Shown one piece after another: positions 55,379 to 64,000 of a stretch of DNA of 64,000 nucleotides (its first letter is position 1; the number at the start of each line of letters is the position of its first letter). Source of the DNA: Octopus vulgaris (taxonomy: Eukaryota); the NCBI GenBank assembly GCA_951406725.2, contig OX597818.1:138260001-138324000 (forward strand), in the 5' to 3' direction. Both the position numbers and the translations under genes were made by a program. A model generated the notes under the pieces. The model saw nothing but the letters and a program-made list of their open reading frames with translations, made no database searches and was not told the origin of the DNA.

Positions 55379-55565
55379 TAAGAAAGTTATATATATATAT
55401 ATAAAAATATACGACAGGCTTCTTTCAGTTTCCGTCTACCAAATCCACTCACAAGGCTTTGGTCGGCCCGAGGCTATAGTAGAAGACACTTGCCCAAGGT
55501 GCAACGCAGTCGGACTGAACCAGGAACCATGTGGCTGGTAAACAAGCTACCTACCACACGGCCAC
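55117..55565 (-). mobile_element. SINE-C, abutting a plus-strand SINE-M fragment (55567-55695)
   Basis: Homologous to 8247-8678. Confidence 0.9.
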
Positions 55566-56006
55566 TGAGTTCAAATTCCGCCGAGGTCAACTTTGCCTTC
55601 GGGGTCGATAAAATAAGTGCCAGTTGAGTACTGGGGTCGATGTAATCGACTGTGCCCTTTCCCAAAATTTCGTGCCTTATGTTAGGAAGGAATCATTAGT
55701 AACTAGAAATCCTAAGAATAAGGCCGTCTTTATTCATTAGTCACCTGCTGTCCCGTGAATAAGGCATTCTTTCAATCATTAATAACCTAGAAGTTCTGTG
55801 AATAGGTCATTAGTAACAATAAGATAAGAGTAAAAGAACACACACACACACACTCACACATACGTACACCAACACATACGCAATAACACGCATACGCAGA
55901 AACACACACATTCATACACACACACACATACACACGCACGCATACATATTTCTTTTATATCCGTATAAAGTTAAAAATCTCCTGTCCATTTACCACCCAT
56001 AAAGAT

Positions 56007-56609
56007 ATGTATGCATGTCTGCTTGTATGTATGTATGTATGTATGTATGTATGTATGTATGTATGTATGTATGTATGTATGTATGTATGTATGTATGCAT
56101 GTATGTATGTATGTATGTATGTATGTATGTATGTATATACGCATCCATGTATGTATGTATGTATGTATGTATGTATGTACGTATGTGTATGTATGTATGT
56201 ATGTATTTATGTGTGTATGTATGTATGTATGTATGTATGTATGTATGTATGTACGTATGTATGTATGTATGTATGTATGTATGTATGTATGTATGTATGT
56301 ATGTATGTATGTATGTATGTATGTGTGTATGTATGTATGTATGTATGTGTGTATGTATGTATGTATGTATGTATGTATGTATGTATGTATGTATGTATGT
56401 ATGTATGTATGTATGTATGTGTGTATGTATGTATGTATGTATGTATGTATGTATGTATGTATGTATGTATGTATGTATGTGTGTATGTATGTATGTATGT
56501 ATGTATGTGTGTATGTATGTATGTGTATGTATGTATGTATGTATGTATGTATGTGTATGTATGTATGTATGTATTTATGTGTGTATGTATGTATGTATGT
56601 GTATATATG

Positions 56610-56642
<33 letters not shown>

Positions 56643-56685
56643 TGGTACGTATGTTTGTCTGTACATATATATGCATGTATGTATG
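56007..56685. repeat. (TATG)n microsatellite, ~680 bp
   Basis: Direct reading. Confidence 0.97.
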
Positions 56686-56772
56686 CCATCATGAATTCGT
56701 GTAGGTACTACGTATGCATGGATGGCTCTCTCTGTGCATGTCTCTATGTCTGTGCTTTTCTATAATTGATTG

Positions 56773-56827
<55 letters not shown>

Positions 56828-57108
56828 TATTCTTTAAAGGAATTCCGTGTTTTGGAAATACGAGTAACTCAAATCCAGCAGCTTTACCATTCGGCCATCC
56901 GTTTTCTCAACTTACAAATCGTCCAATATAATTGTCATAACACTACTAAAACCCCTGCCCACATAATATAAACAAGATTTTCCCATAAATAAAAGAACAG
57001 ATTATTTGGTAAAACATCAAATAGTTCTTCGAAAGATAGTCTAAGCTGTTCGAATTCAGACCTACGTGTACACATTCTTCTTCAGAAGCTGTCTCCAACT
57101 ATTCATAA

Positions 57109-57208
57109 NNNNNNNNNNNNNNNNNNNNNNNNNNNNNNNNNNNNNNNNNNNNNNNNNNNNNNNNNNNNNNNNNNNNNNNNNNNNNNNNNNNNNNNNNNNN
57201 NNNNNNNN
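57109..57208. other. Assembly gap (100 N)
   Basis: Exactly 100 N, the usual placeholder for a gap of unknown size. Confidence 0.99.
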
Positions 57209-58242
57209 AATAAAGACGAGAAAGTGAATGGAATTAAATATTTGAAATGCAAATAGAAAACCCGAAATAAGAAGGGTGAACCCCTCCTGAACATGTGTTT
57301 TATAACAAAGTGACACGGTTGTGGTGGTGGTGGTCGTCGTCGCCGGGGTTGTGGTCGTAGTGGTAGTCATCGTGTTGTTGTTGGTGGTGGTGGTGGTGGT
57401 GGTGGTGTGACTGGTTGGTGGGTGTTGTCGTTGCTTAGTCCCGGGGCAAAACCCTCATCAAGCAGCGATTTATGATTAATGGTTTTCCGATCGTGACCAT
57501 CCTACCTTTATTTATTTATTTATTTATTTATGCCTATGTGCAGTGAAAAGCAGAGTCCCGTAATTCAATGTATTCTTTTTTATATTTCTAAAACAGTTCA
57601 AAGGCGCTCCAACCTTTACCAACCTGTTTTATTTCCAGAAGTAGTATAATGAGGACTACATTTGTTGCAATCTTTGTTTAACGCAGCAGTGTACGAGTTC
57701 AGGTAGATTTGGTCGTTAATTCTAACAGGTCGAGCGACCAATTAAGGGTTTCCTCTCGATCATAAAAGCATGGTTGTTATGTGGAAGCACTCCGTCGGTT
57801 ACGACGATGAGGGTTCCGGTTGATCCGAATCAACGGAACAGCCTACTCGTGAAATTAACGTGTAAGTGGCTGAGCACTCCACAGACACATGCACCTCGGG
57901 GATATTCAGCGTGGCACAGAGAGTGACAAGGCCGGTCCCTTAAAATACAGGTACAACAGAAACAGGAAGTAAGAGTGAGAGAAAGTTGTGGTGAAAGAGT
58001 ACAGCAGGGATCACCACCCCCCTGCCGGAGCCTTGTGAAGCTTTAGGTGTTTTCGCTCACAACGCCCGGTCTGGGAATTGAAACCGAGATCCTATGACCG
58101 CGAGTCCGCTGCCCTAACCACTAGACCATTGCGCCTCCACAGATTGCTATGTACTGTGGTACAAATAAAAGAGCGATACGGAATGCACAATAAGTATTGT
58201 TCTGAAAACACATCTAGAAAGGTAGAAAAATATTATATGTGT

Positions 58243-58292
<50 letters not shown>

Positions 58293-60190
58293 TTCTGGTC
58301 GACTTTGCCTTTTATCCTTTCGGGATCGATAAATTAAGTACGAGTTGTATACTGGGATCGATCTAATCAACTGGCTTGCCCTCCCCAAAAATTTCGGGCC
58401 TTGTGCCTAGACTAGAAAAGAATATTATTATTATCTCCGCCTCAGCGAAGGCTGAGGTATTGTTTCCAGTCATGTTTGTTTGTTTGCTTGTCCGTGGACA
58501 AGATATCTCAAGAACCGCTGGATGGATTCGGACGAAACTTTCAGGGATGTTTCGTCTTGTGATTGGCATGAACTGATTAGATTTGAGGATCGATCCGTAC
58601 CGGACAAGGATTTTGGATTATTTGTTATATTTACTTTACTTTACATTATTACGATCTTACGTTTACTTTCAAGTCTTTCACAGTTATCCCCCTTAGTTTG
58701 TAATTGTTTTGAATGATGAATTTATTAACTTTGGCTTGTATTAGATAAGGATAAACTATCTATTTATTACTGTTACTAAATTTTCTACAGCCACCTTCAC
58801 ATTCCATGACTAGCACTGGGATCGATCAGGCGCCGGACAAGGATTCTGGATTATTTTCCTGTTTTTTTTGTTTTTTTGTTGTTGTTGTTTTTTTACTTAA
58901 TTTTTGGGAGCGGTCGGGTTCGTTTTTAGCATTCTCGTATGTGAGAGCAGTCGAGTTTATTTCAGATATTCTTCTTTTTCACAATCATCTCCGGCTAATC
59001 GTTGAGAGGAATTTGGTGTTGCCTTGTCGGGGGTTTGCACTCTCTGAGTGTTCTTGTTATTATTAAGGTGGCGAAGGCGAGGAAGGTGGGGAGTTGGCAG
59101 AATCGTTAGCATGCTGGGCAAAATGCTTAGCGGCATTTCGTCTGTCTTTACGTTCTGGGTTCAAATTCCGCCGAGGTCGACTTTGTCTTTCATCCTTTCG
59201 GAGTCGATAAATTAAGTATCAGTTGCGTACTGAGGTCGATCTAATCGACTGCACCACTCTTCTCTTAAAATTTCAGAAAGGATTATTTTAGACCGCGAGT
59301 TGGCAGAATCGTTAGCATGCCGGGAAAAAAAATGCTTAGTGACATTTCGTCTGTCTTTACGTTCTGCGTTCAAATTCTGCTGAGGTCGACTCTGCCTTTT
59401 ATCCTTGTGAGGTCGATAAAATAAGTATGTGAGTCTGCGTGTGCATATGCGTGTGTGTGTTTGTGTGTGTGTGTGTGTGTGTATGTGTGTGTGTGTGTGT
59501 GTGTATGTGCGTGTGTGTGTGTGTGTGTGTCCACGCGCGTGGGTGTATCTGTGTGTCTTTGTGTATAGGTAAATACATGAATTTACCTATACACAAAGAC
59601 ACACGTGTGTGGCTAATGTCAGTCAGCAATGGGACAATGTAAAGTATGTGTGTGTATTTGTATTATCACTTTATGAGTAAATGTGTTTCTGTGTGTGTTT
59701 GTGTGTGTGTCTGTGTGTGTGTCTGTGTGTTTGTGTGTGTAAAAGGCGAAAGCGGTTGTGGGAGAAAAGCTCCTAAGAATGAAAAGGAGGTGAAAAAGAT
59801 GTGTGAAGGGTTAAAGCGTGGTTGATGGTGTAAAGAGAGAGGCGAGGGGGGGAGATATCTGGACTGAGTGAATGTTCATGTTTTGGAAGCATGGAGAGAA
59901 AGCAGAGAGGAGTAAAGAGGGGTAGGAAGAGACAGCTGGCAGAGAGAGGTTAGGGAGTGACAGATGACAGAGAGAGAGAGAGAAGGGGGAGATACAGCGA
60001 AGAAAGAGAGAGAGAGAGAAGGGAGGGGGAGATACAGACAGCCAAGAGAGGAAAGGGAGAGAATGAGGGCATAAAAGGAGATGGAAAATTTGTAAGGGAC
60101 AGAACTTAGTTGAAAAAAAAAAAAAAAAAAAAGGGAAAAAGGAAAATGTGAAGAAAATACTGTTAATAGTGAGTAAGGGGGAGAGAAAGG

Positions 60191-60225
<35 letters not shown>

Positions 60226-60329
60226 GGAGAAAGAGGAAGTGTTTGTGTGTGTGTGTGTGTGTGTGTGCGAGCGTGAAATGAAGGATTTTATGATGCATTA
60301 ATATGGAAAACAACAACAACAAAAACGAC

Positions 60330-60361
<32 letters not shown>

Positions 60362-60399
60362 TAATAATAATAATGATAATAAAAATGGTAATAATAAAA

Positions 60400-60448
<49 letters not shown>

Positions 60449-60486
60449 TAATAATAATGATGATAATAAAAATGGTAATAATAAAA

Positions 60487-60540
<54 letters not shown>

Positions 60541-63500
60541 GTAATAATAATATGAACAACAACACCACAACAATGGTAGGAAGAAGCTGGAAGCTATGTC
60601 GCTTCCGCTATAACCAAAATGATATATGTGTGTGTGTACGTGTGAGTATGTATGCATGTATGTATGTGTATGTATGCATTTGTATGTGTAAGTACGCATC
60701 TGAGTGCGTGTTAATATTGGAAGAAGGAATGCCATCAGCAGAATTGTAAGCCGTGTAGAGAGAAATGGAACATATTTCAAAGAATCAGATGACAGCTAAG
60801 TATTTATGCTAGTTTCGACAGTGATAGCTACAATAAGTACAACAACAACAACAAAAGCTACAAATGGACTGTCACAGAAGGAATGGACCATCTGCGTGGA
60901 CACTCATCCAGGTAGAAATAACAGACAAATAAGGCAGCGAGCTGGCAGAAACGTTAGCGCACCGGGCGAAATGCTCAGCGGTATTTCGTCTGTCGATACG
61001 TTCTGAGTTCAAATTCCGTCGAGGTCGACATTGCCTTTCATCCTTTCGGGATCGATTAAATAAGTACCAGTTACGCACTGGGATCGATTTAATCTGTTTG
61101 TCTGTCCTTGTTTGTCCCCTCTGTGTGTAGCCCCTTGTGGGTAGCAAAGAAATAAGAAATAACAGACAAATATTACTGAAACTGTAAATTGCCGTGTCGA
61201 AAAGAAGGAAGTACGCAGTGGATAATGTAGATGTGAATGAATGCACTAGGTCTGAAGTAAAGTTGGGACGGGCATAATTGGAAAGTTTTTGATTACAGGT
61301 ATGATTATGAGAGCTGATCTTGTGTTGTATGACAACAGCAACCACAGTGGAGGCGCAATGGCCCAGTGGTTAGGGCAGCGGACGCGCGGTCGTACGAACG
61401 CGGTTTCGATTCCCAGACCAAGCATTGGGAGTGTTTATTGAGCAAAACACCTAAGCACCACGAGGCTCCAGCGGCGGGAGGGTGAACCCGCTGTATTTTT
61501 TCACAACTTTCTCTCGCTCTTTCTTCCTACTTCTGCTACAAAGCAGAGGAACCATGGTGTAACCCACTATGGTGTGGTAAAACTTTCAGATCCTAGTCTA
61601 GATTGCGAATCCTCTGTACCCCAGGATGGTTCAGCTCCTCACCCGTTAAAAGCCACCATTTACGGAATGAGGATAACAATGTAACTTTCGCGCCCGTGCA
61701 ACTGCCAGTCTATCGCGTGTGGTGGGTGGATCTTCAAGTTGCCACACACATTCTTAGTAGCTTAGAGTAGGCTCGAATTAGAGATTATTCTTTGTGGCTA
61801 ATGGCGTGAGTCCTGATTAGAAGAAGAAGAAGAAGAAGAAGAAGAAGAAGAAGAAGAAGAAGAAGAAGAAGAAGAAGAAGAAGAAGAAGAAGAAGACTGA
61901 AGAAGAAAACAGCAACCACGAAGCTGTTACAAAATAATAACACGAACAAATACTATGAAAGTTACAGCTACAATAACAATAATGATAACAGCAGCAATAA
62001 CAAATACAGAGCAACAGTAACAACTGTTACAATACAATAACAATAATATTGGTTTCAAATTTTGGCAGTTACATCGACCCCAGTGCGTAACTGGTACTTA
62101 TTTTATCGATCCCGAAAGGATGAAAGGCAAAGTCCAACTCGGCGGAATTTGAACTCAGAACGTTGCGGCGGACGAAATACCGCTCAGTATTTTGCCCTGT
62201 GGGCTAACGATTCTGCCAGCTTGCTCTCTTAATAATAATTGCTCTGGAAACCACGGCCTACAGAGAGCAAGGACATGGTATGAGCAAACTCCAGAGGGAG
62301 CCACCGAAAATGAGAATCTCAAAATCCTATGAGATGTAATGATCCAGTGAGATGCAATGATCACCCGACCGGACAAAGGAAACTGGACATTGTTGTGGTG
62401 AATAAAAAAGAAAGAACATGTATGGTAAGCGACATGACATCTTCCGGTGACAACAGGATCAATGTGAAAGAAGAGGAAAAAATAAACAGCTATGACGATT
62501 TAAAGTGGGAAATGCGAAGGTTGTGGTCAATGAAGAGAGTAAACGTGATACCAATAGTTACAGATGCACTCGGAAGTATCAGCACTCAACTACCAGCATG
62601 GCTGCAAAGATCGGTGCAAGTGTGAAGGTGCACCACCTACAAAAATCAGCATTGCATGGAGCTGCAAGTTGACGTGATACCAATAGTAACTGATGCACTT
62701 GGAAGTATCAGCACTCAACTACCAACATGGCTAAAAAAGATCGGTGCAAGTATGAAGGTGCACCACCTACAAAAATCAGCATTGCATGGAGCTACAAGGT
62801 TTCTTCGCAGGTTTCTTGAAACATGACCAGTAAAACAGACGTCATCTTAGTCTGCTGGTTGTGGACAGCTGACACTTTCCATCATACCCAGCAAAATAAG
62901 CTGTGAGTTTTCATATAACAACAACAACAACAACAACAATAATAATAATAAGGAAGGCAAAGTCGACCTCGGTGGAATTTGAACTCAGAACGTAACAGCA
63001 GACGAAATACTGTTCAGCATTTCGCCCGGCGTGCTAACGATTCTGCCAGCTCGCCAACAACCTCATCGTTGCATATAACAAGAGCATAACTGAAACGACG
63101 CCACAACATTATATATAACTAGCAGTATCGCCCGGCGTTGCTCGGGTTTGTAAGGAAAATAACTATATAAGCATTTTAGAAAGTTATAGCCAAAAAATAG
63201 CAAAAAAATGGAAACAAAAATGAGGGTAAATTTTTTTTAAATCGTTGACTCATCGTAGACATTTTTAGAGAGTTACTTCCCTTATATAATAGCGAAAAAA
63301 ATGCATTAAAATGGAAAAAATTGATGGTAAATTTTTTTTTAAATCGTAGACTCATCGTAGACGCGCGCTAATACCCAGAAGGGCTCGATATGAATCGCGA
63401 CTATAAGATACACGGTTTTGGTTAAACTGCACCGCAAAATGTGGGAGTAGTTGGGAATCTAAATCGTAGGAGACAGACACACAACCTTACTTTTATATAT

Positions 63501-64000
63501 AAAGATAGCAACAGCAGCAACAACAGCAACAACAACAACAACAACAACAACAGCAATAACAACAACAAGTACAATAGCAAAACTAACAACAACAAAAACA
63601 TCTAAAAATAACTTTGCTTCAACAACAAAAACAATAACAACTGCTGCATTACACATATATATATATATATACAACAACAACAACAACAACTACAAAAATA
63701 TTCTCGACACCACCAACACCACCACCATCAACAACAACAATGATTTCTCCTCCGCCCCTCTTTTTTTACCGTTGCTTTCCCTTAATTGTTTGTTCACAGA
63801 CCGTAGCCAGTAGGCATTGCGCATGTCTTCCCATGGTGCAATTCACTGGAATTACCTCTGGTTACAGAATTTCTTACCAAATAGATTTTGGGTTCGTTAA
63901 CATACAACAACGATTCTTCATTGATGCAGAAATGGAGGGAAGGGGGGTAAAAGACGGTGGGGGGGGTCATACATACACACATACATACATAGACACACAC
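57209..64000 (+). repeat. Copy 2 of the duplication of 47621-54295
   Basis: Colinear with copy 1; few SNPs, microsatellite length differences and one 130-bp extra segment. Confidence 0.97.
62240..62914 (+). pseudogene. R4/Dong fragment duplicate carrying an extra 130-bp tandem unit (62669-62798)
   Basis: ACGTGATACCAATAG...GCATGGAGCT.CAAG occurs twice here and once in copy 1. Confidence 0.88.

Overview
AT-rich, repeat-saturated eukaryotic DNA, intergenic or deep-intronic. The tRNA-derived SINE families and extreme microsatellite load look like an octopod (Octopus-type) genome; this is inference from recalled repeat families. I find no credible host protein-coding exon, and nearly all ORFs in the track are microsatellite or SINE translations. 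Content: (i) three modular SINE groups, named R, C and M here, many with target-site duplications (TSDs); (ii) decayed LINE fragments (R4/Dong-type restriction-like endonuclease, CR1-like, Tx1-like 3' ends); (iii) a Tc1 DD34E transposase remnant, hAT, mariner and piggyBac-like MITEs, a Helitron and a HINE/Helentron-like element; (iv) a 100-N gap followed by a near-identical ~6.8-kb copy of 47621-54295, probably a haplotig overlap. Best leads: SINE-M subfamilies whose 3' junction motif co-varies with an internal complementary segment and with the target site, giving self-targeted dimers and a trimer; a perfect 95-bp inverted templated insertion; two degenerate minimal hammerhead ribozymes; and a TSD-bounded chimeric SINE with an HDV-like nested helix order.
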